Assembly (NCBI GenBank): GCA_903906305.1
Contig: CAIVJR010000005.1
Location: 83,667-147,666 of the forward strand
Origin: an uncultured bacterium
GTDB lineage: Bacteria > Patescibacteriota > Dojkabacteria > SC72
DNA: 64,000 nt
Direction: 5' to 3'
Shown: in pieces, positions 19,175-28,723 of the stretch
How positions within the stretch are numbered: the stretch's first letter is position 1
Layout of the letters: each line of letters begins with the position of its first letter
Program-made: the position numbers and the translations under genes
The notes under the pieces: model-generated
What the model was told of the DNA's origin: nothing
The model's database searches: none
The model's input: only the letters and a program-made list of their open reading frames with translations

Positions 19175-19849
19175 ATGACCTATACACCTTTTACTCAATG
19201 GATGATTACGACTGGAGTACCACAACAAGTATTGGAATTGCTACTAGCTGTAATGATTGTAGCAACAATTGTAAGCATAGCTAGATATATAATTGGATCT
19301 AAAACATATGGAATATATGCACCAATAATATTGGCAATCGCATACTCATATACAGGTTTAAGATATGGATTAGCAATAACCTTGATAGTGATTTTGACTA
19401 CCCTACTCTCATACACCATACTACGAAGAGTACGTATGCATTACATAGCTAGAATAGCAGTAAATTACTGTCTGTTAGCTATAATGTTAGTAGTCTTCTT
19501 CATAGTCATAGGACAATTTGGTTTTGGTTTAGACAATATGGCAAATATCTCTGGACTTGCAGCAATATCAATTGCAGCACTTTCAGACTTCTTCATAAAA
19601 CAATATGTAAAGAAATCATTTAAATCTTCTGTCTTGATCCTCTTTAGCACTGTTTTCATTGCCACACTCGGATGGTTTGTCATAACCCGAGATGTCATAA
19701 CAACATATTTCTTAAACAACCTTTGGATTGTTCCAATCTTAATCATATTGAATATCCTCATTGGGCAGTTTACTGGCCTTAGAATCAAAGATCTCTTTAG
19801 ATTTAAATCAGTTATTCAGAATAAGGATAAAGATAATGTTCAGAAATAG
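19175..19849 (+). CDS. 7-TM membrane protein (7TM_transglut-like, no transglutaminase domain) that is the first gene of the ATP-grasp operon
   Basis: 224 aa with seven predicted hydrophobic helices. Its 3' end overlaps the start of the next gene by 14 nt. Confidence 0.6.
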   Translation: MTYTPFTQWMITTGVPQQVLELLLAVMIVATIVSIARYIIGSKTYGIYAPIILAIAYSYTGLRYGLAITLIVILTTLLSYTILRRVRMHYIARIAVNYCLLAIMLVVFFIVIGQFGFGLDNMANISGLAAISIAALSDFFIKQYVKKSFKSSVLILFSTVFIATLGWFVITRDVITTYFLNNLWIVPILIILNILIGQFTGLRIKDLFRFKSVIQNKDKDNVQK

Positions 19850-21293
19850 GATAAAAGATGTATTAGGACTAAACAGACGTAATCAAGAATACGTTCGTCC
19901 ATACAACCACCCAAAATCTAAAGCGTTAGCAGATAATAAGATTGCTACAAAAAAGCTTCTTGCAAAGGAAGGTATCAACACATCTGAGGTATACAAACTC
20001 ATTAAAAATCGTAAACAACTAGCCTTCTTAGATTGGGAATCATTACCAAAAAGTTTTGTAATCAAACCTAATCAAGGTACTGGTGGAAATGGAATTCTAG
20101 TAATCTATGGTAGAAAGAGGGGCGAATTAGCATGGATAAGGCCAGGCGGAGAAGTATTAAGTAAAAAAGATCTCTCCTTACACATTGAGAATATCCTCGA
20201 AGGAAGATTTTCAATGGGTGAAAGAAGCGATATCGCAATAATTGAAGAAAGAGTTAGAACTGATTCATTCCTAAAACAATACTCATACAAAGGTGTACCC
20301 GATATTAGAATCATATGTTTCAATCTCGTCCCCATTATGGCAATGATGCGAATACCTACCAAACGATCCAACGGTACTGCAAATCTACATTCTGGAGCTA
20401 TATGTACCGGTATAGACATAGCAACAGGCATAACCACCTACTCTATGCATATGAATAGCAAATCATTGTTGAGCGATACATATGAGATGATAGATAATAC
20501 TCAAGATTTGAAGATTAACAAAAAGCTTTCAGGTGTTCAGATACCTGATTGGGACAAGATCTTGGATATTGCAGTAAGATGCCAAAGAGCAAGTAAGCTT
20601 GGCTATACAGGTGTCGATATAGCATTAGACGCAGACAAAGGCCCTATCGTTTTTGAATTAAATGCTAGACCTGGCCTTGGAATCCAAGTCGCAAATCAAG
20701 CGGGTTTAAGATGGAGATTAGAAAAAGTAAAAGGATTGGAAGTGAAGAGTATTAAACACGGTATAAGGGTAGCGAAGAATCTGTTTGGTGGAGAAGTAGA
20801 AGACAGTATTGAAGCTATTAGTGGAAGAAAGGTTGTTAACATCAACGAGAAAATAACCCTGTATTACAAATCATACAAAGAAGGTAGCAAAAATGAGAAT
20901 AAAGACAGAGAGATTACTACCGCATTTGTAGATACAGGAGCTATAACCTCCCGTATCTCTCGAAGCTATGTATCCAGAATGGGATATTTCGAAACCATGA
21001 GACAGTTTGACTATCTAAAATGCCCTAAGAACTTCCTCGCTTTTAAGGATGCACAAGAATACATAGACGAATATAGTAAAAACATGACAGAGGATGCATA
21101 CATCATACGTTTAGCTAAAATCTTTGAGGATGGGCAAATAGTTGTCCGACCTGTTATCATTGTTAAAGTAAGAATATCAGGCGAAATACGTGATCTTGAA
21201 ATGATCGTAACTGAAGATAGTACACACTCTGTCACATTAGGAAGAAACGACCTCAGAGACTATTTAATTGATACAAGTAAAACATTTAAATAA
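19836..21293 (+). CDS. alpha-L-glutamate-ligase-related ATP-grasp protein (TIGR02291/RimK-related N-terminus) with a C-terminal DTGA retropepsin-like domain
   Basis: Start at MFRNRIKDVLGLNRRNQEYVRPYNHPKS...ADNKIATKKLLAKEGI, the characteristic G-x-N-R-R-N...Y-N N-terminus of the RimK-related family. ATP-grasp core (FVIKPNQGTGGNGILV ... DIALDADKGPIVFELNARPGL). C-terminal ~150 aa contain FVDTGAITS (20922-20948). Confidence 0.8.
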   Translation: MFRNRIKDVLGLNRRNQEYVRPYNHPKSKALADNKIATKKLLAKEGINTSEVYKLIKNRKQLAFLDWESLPKSFVIKPNQGTGGNGILVIYGRKRGELAWIRPGGEVLSKKDLSLHIENILEGRFSMGERSDIAIIEERVRTDSFLKQYSYKGVPDIRIICFNLVPIMAMMRIPTKRSNGTANLHSGAICTGIDIATGITTYSMHMNSKSLLSDTYEMIDNTQDLKINKKLSGVQIPDWDKILDIAVRCQRASKLGYTGVDIALDADKGPIVFELNARPGLGIQVANQAGLRWRLEKVKGLEVKSIKHGIRVAKNLFGGEVEDSIEAISGRKVVNINEKITLYYKSYKEGSKNENKDREITTAFVDTGAITSRISRSYVSRMGYFETMRQFDYLKCPKNFLAFKDAQEYIDEYSKNMTEDAYIIRLAKIFEDGQIVVRPVIIVKVRISGEIRDLEMIVTEDSTHSVTLGRNDLRDYLIDTSKTFK

Positions 21294-22282
21294 TGAAAAC
21301 ATACGAAGAATATCTAAAAGAAGCAGGAAATGTCCATTTAGCATACTATGTCGAAGCTGCTGACATCTTAGGAATCAAATATTCCATCGTTGTTAGAAGC
21401 CTAATTGCAAAGTTCGAAGTTGAAGACAAGCATTGGTTCATTATAAATACTGTTACACCCCTAACCTCCTCCCCAAGTGCTACCATTTCAAAACGAAAGA
21501 ACCTTACCAATATGGTATTAAGCTCATATGGTGTAGATGTCCCAAAGCAAGAGGGATTAACAAGCCCCATTGATGCTATAAAATTCTTTAATAAGTATAA
21601 AAACATAGTCATAAAGCCTGCTCAACAGCTTGGTGGAAAAGGTATTACCCTACTTCCAGAGACAGAAGACCAGGTTATATCTGCTTTCAACGAAGCATTC
21701 GAGAAAGATAGATCAAAAGGAGAAATTAAGGTATTGGGAGAAGAATTCATCAAAGGAGAAAACTATCGATTCTTAGTAGTTGGCGAAAACGTTGTTGGAA
21801 TAGTATGGAGAAAGGCCCCAATAGTTATCGGCAATAGCAAAAATACTATAAGAGAACTAATTGATACATCAAACAAAGAGCGTAGCCTCCTCGTTCTCAA
21901 ATCTATTCCCATAGATTCAGAAGTACAAACTAGATTAAAAAATGCTGACCTCACATTAGATTCAATTCCAGACGAAGGCCAAGTTATAACCCTTAGATAC
22001 AATTGTAATCTGACTACTGGTGGTACTACAGAAGAGTGTGCTTCCATTGTAGATCCATACTACAAGGAGCTCGCTGTAAAGGCCGTTAAGGCTCTTGATT
22101 TAGAATTCGGGGGTGTAGATATCATTGCAGAGGATATAACTAAACCAGGGAAGTGTGGAATTAATGAAATCAACTACAATCCTGGATTAAGATTACATTA
22201 CAAAGCTGACAAGGGTGAGAAGGTTAAGGTCGCTGTCCCTATTATGGAATATATTAGAGATAAGTATACAAATAAATTATAA
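21293..22282 (+). CDS. stand-alone cyanophycin-synthetase G-domain-like ATP-grasp ligase
   Basis: GENYRFLVVGENVVGIVWRKAPIVIGNSKNTIRELID ... NCNLTTGGTTEECASIVDP ... GVDIIAEDI matches CphA ATP-grasp motifs. TAATG start/stop overlap with the upstream gene. Confidence 0.75.
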   Translation: MKTYEEYLKEAGNVHLAYYVEAADILGIKYSIVVRSLIAKFEVEDKHWFIINTVTPLTSSPSATISKRKNLTNMVLSSYGVDVPKQEGLTSPIDAIKFFNKYKNIVIKPAQQLGGKGITLLPETEDQVISAFNEAFEKDRSKGEIKVLGEEFIKGENYRFLVVGENVVGIVWRKAPIVIGNSKNTIRELIDTSNKERSLLVLKSIPIDSEVQTRLKNADLTLDSIPDEGQVITLRYNCNLTTGGTTEECASIVDPYYKELAVKAVKALDLEFGGVDIIAEDITKPGKCGINEINYNPGLRLHYKADKGEKVKVAVPIMEYIRDKYTNKL

Positions 22283-22292
22283 GATAAACATT

Positions 22293-23984
22293 ATGAGTAA
22301 CGTGCAAGTATTACAAGGCCTAAATCTAGATTCAGAGATATCTGTCATAAAAATTAATGTACATAAGACCGATACTATCGTTAGATATCTTGAACTTCTT
22401 AAAAATTTTCACCCAATATTCATGCGTGAATACAAATTTGAAAATGACATCTTAAGCATTCACACAATGATAACCTCGTTGTGGAGAGAACTTGGAGAAA
22501 TAATAATCAAACTTTCAGAAGGAAAGATCGATTACGAAGAAGCAAGAAAACACACTCTTGAAGAAGTCCTTAAACAACGAGTAGCCTCTATGTCTACTAT
22601 TCCTCTAATCTTTTTTGCAAACAAAATGAAATATGAGGTAACACCAACGCTATTAGAAGACGAAAGGATAAAATACAATACAGGGCCCAATAGAATATAT
22701 ACTTTAGGCGTAGGTCGTAATTCCCAAATTATATATTCTATATCCTCTAGTAAAGATTCTAAAGAAGCAAAAGAAATTCAAAGAGATAAATATCTTACAA
22801 ACCTTATGATTCAGCGATTAGGTCTCCCTATTCCAAAATGGCAAGTCCTAGACAATATATCACAGATTGAAGAAGTCTGGAGTAGCTATGAAAAACCTGT
22901 CGTCATAAAACCAACAGGTCTTACAGGTGGGCATGGTGTTGTAGTTGGTATAGAAACGCTAGAGAAAGCAAAGGAGGCATTTAAATTTGCAAAAGAAGCA
23001 ACTCAGGATAGAATCAGAGAAGAATGGCAGCAAAAGATCATGATACAAGAACAAATCTCAGGTGAAGATTACAGGCTTCTCGTTATAAATGGCCATCTAG
23101 AAATCGCAACCAAGCGTATTCCAGCCTTCATCATAGGAGATGGCAAGCATACAATTGAAGAATTGATCGATATAACCAATACAGATCCTCGAAGAGATGT
23201 TACTAACCCTACTCATACATTAAAACCTATTAAGATTGATGATCCTCTAAAGTCATATATCAAAGATCAGAAATTAACCCTTACCTCTATTCCTAAGAAA
23301 GAGCAGAAAGTTAATGTGAGAAAGGTTGCAAGCATGAGCCAAGGCGGCATAACCGAAGATTTTACGGATAAGGTAAGCCCAGAAATTAAAGCAATTGTAG
23401 AGAGCATCGCATCATCGATTCATGCATTTACTCTAGGGGTCGATGTCATGTGTAAAGATCTTTCCAAACCATTAACAAAAGACAACGGTGCAATACTAGA
23501 AGTGAACACAATGCCTGAAGCATATCTTAATACCTATCCTGTCATTGGTGAATCCCGAGAATACGTATTCGACAAATATATAAAAGCTCTTTTAGAAGGC
23601 AATAACACAAAGCAGATAGTAATTGTAGGTAATAGCACAGAAGATGTACCTACTCTACTAAGAAAGAAATCGATCTTTGGATCATACCTCAAACAAGATG
23701 CCGTTATCGGAGAATACAAAGATGGAGAGATTAGAATTAATGGGTTGGATATAAATAAGGGCCTAGAGAAATGGAAAGCAATAGAAGGCCTTAAAGTAAA
23801 TGCATCTTTAGATGCAATGATCATACATCATAGAAATGTAGAAGAGGTTAGAGAAACAGGCTTAGGATTTAATAAAATTGACCTTTTAATGGTAGAATCT
23901 AAATATTTTGAAGATAGAGAATTTAAAAAAGCTATCCGAAGATACCAAATGAAAGGATTAATATCTAAAATAAAGAAATTCTAA
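22293..23984 (+). CDS. CphA-like ATP-grasp ligase with an N-terminal ~200-aa domain and a C-terminal ~120-aa extension, no Mur-ligase (M) domain
   Basis: Internal Met MSNVQVL at 22293. GEDYRLLVINGHLEIATKRIPAFIIGDGKHTIEELID ... MSQGGITEDFTDKV ... GVDVMCKDL is close to the CphA G-domain. Confidence 0.75.
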   Translation: MSNVQVLQGLNLDSEISVIKINVHKTDTIVRYLELLKNFHPIFMREYKFENDILSIHTMITSLWRELGEIIIKLSEGKIDYEEARKHTLEEVLKQRVASMSTIPLIFFANKMKYEVTPTLLEDERIKYNTGPNRIYTLGVGRNSQIIYSISSSKDSKEAKEIQRDKYLTNLMIQRLGLPIPKWQVLDNISQIEEVWSSYEKPVVIKPTGLTGGHGVVVGIETLEKAKEAFKFAKEATQDRIREEWQQKIMIQEQISGEDYRLLVINGHLEIATKRIPAFIIGDGKHTIEELIDITNTDPRRDVTNPTHTLKPIKIDDPLKSYIKDQKLTLTSIPKKEQKVNVRKVASMSQGGITEDFTDKVSPEIKAIVESIASSIHAFTLGVDVMCKDLSKPLTKDNGAILEVNTMPEAYLNTYPVIGESREYVFDKYIKALLEGNNTKQIVIVGNSTEDVPTLLRKKSIFGSYLKQDAVIGEYKDGEIRINGLDINKGLEKWKAIEGLKVNASLDAMIIHHRNVEEVRETGLGFNKIDLLMVESKYFEDREFKKAIRRYQMKGLISKIKKF

Positions 23985-23985
23985 T

Positions 23986-24933
23986 ATGAAATACCTCATC
24001 ATAGACAAAAGACAGCGTGTAGAAGTAGCTACAATGGGTGAAATACCTACAGGATCAGCAAGATTAGTAGAAGAATTAGATAAAAAAAATATTCCTCATG
24101 ATTTTGCATATAACGATGAAATAGAGTTCTTGTTTCATAATGGTTCCACGGTTATAAAAGTGGCAGGACATGACGTAACAGAGTACAGCAACATCATTCT
24201 TAGAGGTCATTCCTTAGGTGACGAACGTGAGTATCAATACAAGAGATTCATCATAGACTACGTTGATCAATATAATAGAGACAACCCAGAAAAAAAAGTG
24301 ATCATTCAGAATTCTAAGGCAATCAAGAATCTTCCATATTACAATAAGATAGCCTTTGCAATGCTATGTTCAAAAAATAACCTCCCCTACTTTAATACAT
24401 ATTTCCATACCAATGGGGAATATTTAAAAGATAGAGATATGTTAAAGGAATATCCATTGATTATCAAAGAATACTCGGGAATGAATAGAACTGAAATGAT
24501 TGAGGGTAAAGAGAAGATCAAGAAGAATGTGTTTAAATTAGAGAAAGATGAGGATTACAAGCAAGAAAATCTTGATGGACAAGATCTTTCCCATTTCTTC
24601 ATACAGGAATTTTCTGATGCTGGTGAAGATTACAGAATATTTGTTAAGTTAGGGAAAGTAATAGCCGGATGGAAAAGAAAGGCTGTTAATGGCTTTATGA
24701 CTGTAAGCAAGGGTGAGTACGAGATGTACAATACTCCTAACGAGGAGATAACTGAGATTGCTGAGAAGATGGCATCCGTATTAGAAGCTGACTTTATGGC
24801 CGTAGACTTTATGTATATGAATGGGAAGGCATGTATACAAGAGATAAGCTTCCATCCTGGATATAAGGCATATGAGACTAAGATTGAGGGAGAGCCAGTG
24901 AATATAGCTGAAGCTATAGTTACTGCTTTTTAA
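23986..24933 (+). CDS. RimK-like ATP-grasp ligase
   Basis: PLIIKEYSG ... FIQEFSDAGEDYRIFVKLGKVIAGWKRKA ... DFMAVDFMYMNGKACIQEISFHPG follows the RimK/glutathione-synthetase pattern. Start is 1 nt after the upstream stop. Confidence 0.7.
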   Translation: MKYLIIDKRQRVEVATMGEIPTGSARLVEELDKKNIPHDFAYNDEIEFLFHNGSTVIKVAGHDVTEYSNIILRGHSLGDEREYQYKRFIIDYVDQYNRDNPEKKVIIQNSKAIKNLPYYNKIAFAMLCSKNNLPYFNTYFHTNGEYLKDRDMLKEYPLIIKEYSGMNRTEMIEGKEKIKKNVFKLEKDEDYKQENLDGQDLSHFFIQEFSDAGEDYRIFVKLGKVIAGWKRKAVNGFMTVSKGEYEMYNTPNEEITEIAEKMASVLEADFMAVDFMYMNGKACIQEISFHPGYKAYETKIEGEPVNIAEAIVTAF

Positions 24934-27211
24934 GTCCTAGCTTCTCAAACATATTATTACTATCACCATTGTGATCATGTATTGCTTGGGCTTTGTATCT
25001 AGGTAGGACGAATATAAACTTACTTCCCTTACCTATTTCACTCTCTACTCGAATATCACCACCCATCTTACGTATAAGGTTGAAGGTTACGAATAATCCC
25101 AAACCAGTACCACCAGGTCTTACAATCTCTAGCTTCTCACCAACCTCTATGCTGGAGTTAATGTGATTCCCTGCCCTAAAGAATTTCTGTCCCAACTTAG
25201 GTAGCTCCTCTGCACTAATACCATAACCAGTATCAATAATGGATACTTCTACCCAGTTATCATCAAATCTATTCTCTATGGTCACACTACCTCTCTCTGT
25301 ATACTTAACAGCATTACTTATTAGGTTGTTCAATATCTCTACCACTCTAGCCCTATCTGCATATACATGAGGAGTATCTAATTGCATATTATTAATAATT
25401 GGAAGATCTTTTTCCATAGCATCTCTCTCATTCCCATGTATAGCCATATCTACCTCATTCTTAATATCTACCTCTTCAGGATCTATGACTATCTTATCCC
25501 CCTCTAATTTAGCACTACTCAGTAATGTATTAATTAGTTTTATTTCATTCTCTACAGCCATCTTAATCCTATCTACATACCTCTTGTATGCTTCAGGATC
25601 ACTCTGTATATCCCCTGTGAACTTCTCTAAGAGCTGTGCATTGAGTTTAACTATGGTAGCAGGTGTTCTTAACTCATGTCCCATTATATCAATCATATCG
25701 TTCTCTTTCTTACGAGCTTCCTGTAGTTCTTGAATCTTAACCTGAAGTTCTGCCGTCTGCGCATCAACCTTATATTGAAGGGTCTGATTGAAGGATTGAA
25801 GCTGCTTGTAAAGAAGGGCCTTATTAACAGAAATATGGAACTGGCTATATATACGATCCCAAAGATCTAATTCATCAATCTTGTACATCTGATTATTAGG
25901 TAGGTCTTGTATGAAAAGAACCCCTATTAGCTCACTCCCAGATACAATTGGATAGACTATTTGAATTTTAGATAACTCTAACAGATACAACAAATTAGAA
26001 TACTCTCGATATTCTAATGCATCTTTGTTACTCAAATACTCTAGCTCAGATCTGGAAAGAGATTTTAATCTTCCTACTGTAGTCGTTTCTTTATTCCAAT
26101 ACACTGGAATCTCTACAAAAATTTTATTAAGGTTTTCTATCTTCCAATCTCCATGAGTAAAACGATATGATTTTGTATTAACAGAGTCGTAAAGATATAT
26201 TTGAGCTTTGTTTGCAGAAGTATTTTGGCATATATAGCTCAAAGTCTTGTTACATATATCAGAAAGTTCTTGCTCAAAGTTAAGAAGTTTAATAAAGCCT
26301 TCACCCTTGTTTCTAAGGATCTGTTTTTCTGACAGGAAAATGTTGGCAACAGCATCTATAACTATTTTAAAAATAAGTGCTAACAAAAACGCAATTATGT
26401 AAAACAATATTTTAGGAATTTCCAACTGCTCAATTAGTGGGAAAACAACTACCAAAGAAACTACAAATACGATAGATGGAATAATGTAGAGAGATAAACT
26501 TCGCAAAATACCCCGTATCACAATCCCAAATCGTTGGAACCGTGTCTGTGTTAGACCATACGAAATAATAAGGTTTGCGATTGAGAATACCACAGGCCCA
26601 AACCAAATATATTCATAAACACCAAAGTATGGAGCTATGATATTAGCAGGGAAAGAACCCACTACTGTTAAAACATTTCCTATAATTAGATATTTTTGCT
26701 GTTCTTTCTCTATAAATGATAATGCTTTATACCCTCTTAAAGTTTTGTAAACATTAACTGCAAATACGATTGTTAACCATGCCATCCAGACCAGATATGC
26801 TTTACCAACTATTATATAGTTATTCCCTTCTAAGACAATTCTTTCTATAAAATTGTTTGTAAAGAATATTTCGTAAAGGAGAAAAAGAAATCCCCCTACT
26901 ACAAACAGAGCAAATAATAAATTGATCTTCTTTCTACGAAGATAATACGTAGAGAAAATATAATGGAACAGACCAATTGATATTGATGATAAATAGATAA
27001 TATCCGCCCAAAGTTTAGCGGTACTTAATGTATCTGTTAATAGAAAAGATACTGTTGAGAAAGCCCAAACCGGTCCAGCTATTATTCCCAAAATTCCTAA
27101 GAAAAAATATGCCTTGTTCTTTGGTTCTTTGAGAAAGGTAACTAAAGGCCCTATTAAGGAGGTAAACCCTAGTATTACAACAAACATATATAAAGTGTTA
27201 TCCCATATCAT
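24920..27211 (-). CDS. sensor histidine kinase with an N-terminal ~9-TM sensor domain
   Basis: 763 aa: nine hydrophobic helices, a cytoplasmic linker, H-box DIMGHELRTPATI and HATPase_c (GGTGLGLFVTFNLIRKMGGDIRVESEIGKGSKF). No response regulator adjacent. Confidence 0.8.
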   Translation of the reverse strand: MIWDNTLYMFVVILGFTSLIGPLVTFLKEPKNKAYFFLGILGIIAGPVWAFSTVSFLLTDTLSTAKLWADIIYLSSISIGLFHYIFSTYYLRRKKINLLFALFVVGGFLFLLYEIFFTNNFIERIVLEGNNYIIVGKAYLVWMAWLTIVFAVNVYKTLRGYKALSFIEKEQQKYLIIGNVLTVVGSFPANIIAPYFGVYEYIWFGPVVFSIANLIISYGLTQTRFQRFGIVIRGILRSLSLYIIPSIVFVVSLVVVFPLIEQLEIPKILFYIIAFLLALIFKIVIDAVANIFLSEKQILRNKGEGFIKLLNFEQELSDICNKTLSYICQNTSANKAQIYLYDSVNTKSYRFTHGDWKIENLNKIFVEIPVYWNKETTTVGRLKSLSRSELEYLSNKDALEYREYSNLLYLLELSKIQIVYPIVSGSELIGVLFIQDLPNNQMYKIDELDLWDRIYSQFHISVNKALLYKQLQSFNQTLQYKVDAQTAELQVKIQELQEARKKENDMIDIMGHELRTPATIVKLNAQLLEKFTGDIQSDPEAYKRYVDRIKMAVENEIKLINTLLSSAKLEGDKIVIDPEEVDIKNEVDMAIHGNERDAMEKDLPIINNMQLDTPHVYADRARVVEILNNLISNAVKYTERGSVTIENRFDDNWVEVSIIDTGYGISAEELPKLGQKFFRAGNHINSSIEVGEKLEIVRPGGTGLGLFVTFNLIRKMGGDIRVESEIGKGSKFIFVLPRYKAQAIHDHNGDSNNMFEKLGLKKQ

Positions 27212-28700
27212 TGTTCTTTGGCAGTTTTAATTCAAAAAATCTTGTTAAACTCATTTTCCTCTCTTCGTATGGTGGGTAATAAGAGCCTTCAATTCCTGTT
27301 AGCTCCAAGGTTTTCATTCCTGTCTTCCTTAGATCTTGAGCGATCTTTGGTGCTAGCTTCTTAGTTATTGCCCCAGCCTTCTTTGCCCCCATTAGATATC
27401 CCCAGAAACTGTTAAAACCTAATTTTTTTCTAACTTCAGCTAGAAGTTCATACTGCATAGTCGAAGATGGCGAAAAGAGTTGATTGATAAACGAAATCCC
27501 ATTTTTTTCTTTAATACTATATTCTGTATCTCCCAACTTAACATTTTTCTCAAAATTTTCTTTCTTTGTGAAGAAAATTGTCTTCAACATGCTCCCTGTA
27601 GAAAGATCAACTTGCATTCCAGGATCCAATGTACAATCTTGAAAAAGTCCTCCTGGTTTAACTCTTTTAACCATCTCGTCTACGACCTCAAAGTGAGTCT
27701 TCTCATCAAAATAGTTTATCCCGTTATCCGAAAATACAAAATGGTATGTATCATCACCCTTCTGCATAGATTCCAGAGCTGTTTCAAAATATATCGTTAC
27801 CCCCTCAAAATTCTTTTCTTTTTGCCCACTATCCAAAACAATTCGTGTAGGGATACCTCGCAAGGTTAACAACGTAGCTGCACAAATAACAGATTGAAGA
27901 GAGTTATCGGCAGAATGAAACTCAATTTTCTTTCCAGTCTCTTTAAGAGCCTCGTACATTAATGCTGTTGTGATGCCCGCACCGGTACATAATTCCTTAA
28001 CTTTGATTACTTCTTCTCCAGGAAAAGCCTCTTTCATATGATCTCTTGCCTTGGGAGCCATAATCCTTTCTAAACGATATGATTCATAGGCCAAAAGTTT
28101 GTTTAATATCCCTTCAATATTTGATTCCTCCCAATGCATAGATCTTTCCGTACTTTCATCTACGCCATTAGAAAAAAGTTTAGTTGTTTCTTTAAGTAAT
28201 TTTGGTATTAATTGATTAGACATTATTCGAATAGTTGCAGGAGCAAAAACAAATGGATTTTTTGGGTTCATGTATTCCCATTCAGCATAATTGGCATACT
28301 TTTTATGCACATCCATAAAAACAGGGACAAACTCATTTTGAGCATCTCGGACTTCAGCACTTATCTCTGTTGGAATCTTAATATACAAACCGTATTCGTC
28401 TGATCCTAACATCTTTAAATCAAGATCTTTTGGATCCTGAAGGTTAGAAATTTGGGCGTTTTCTTCATTTGTAGCTATTTGTGTCAAATAATTTGTTAAT
28501 GAAGGTAATTGCGAGATATTCTCTTCTGACTGTATTGGCTCATCTGCTGGGACTACAACTTCAGTAGTTACTGGAACGTTTGAAATTTCTTCCTGGGGTG
28601 GTTGCAAAGGAGAATTGGTTTCAACTTGCAAAGACATACCTTCACTCTCTAGTGGTGGTTTGTTATCCATTCTTATTTGGGCAATATTATGTATATACAT
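27198..28700 (-). CDS. class I SAM-dependent methyltransferase-fold protein with N- and C-terminal extensions
   Basis: 500 aa. VKELCTGAGITTAL (motif I-like G-x-G-x-G), VKPGGLF (post-I), FVFSDNGINY. Function unknown. Confidence 0.5.
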   Translation of the reverse strand: MYIHNIAQIRMDNKPPLESEGMSLQVETNSPLQPPQEEISNVPVTTEVVVPADEPIQSEENISQLPSLTNYLTQIATNEENAQISNLQDPKDLDLKMLGSDEYGLYIKIPTEISAEVRDAQNEFVPVFMDVHKKYANYAEWEYMNPKNPFVFAPATIRIMSNQLIPKLLKETTKLFSNGVDESTERSMHWEESNIEGILNKLLAYESYRLERIMAPKARDHMKEAFPGEEVIKVKELCTGAGITTALMYEALKETGKKIEFHSADNSLQSVICAATLLTLRGIPTRIVLDSGQKEKNFEGVTIYFETALESMQKGDDTYHFVFSDNGINYFDEKTHFEVVDEMVKRVKPGGLFQDCTLDPGMQVDLSTGSMLKTIFFTKKENFEKNVKLGDTEYSIKEKNGISFINQLFSPSSTMQYELLAEVRKKLGFNSFWGYLMGAKKAGAITKKLAPKIAQDLRKTGMKTLELTGIEGSYYPPYEERKMSLTRFFELKLPKNNDMG

Positions 28701-28723
28701 GATAGCACAAAAACTTGATCTGA

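Noticed and set aside
21293-23984. Cyanophycin synthetase (cphA) annotation for the CphA-like ligases
   Set aside because: Both lack the C-terminal Mur-ligase (M) domain required for Arg addition and are split across separate genes. Treated as stand-alone G-domain-like ligases instead.
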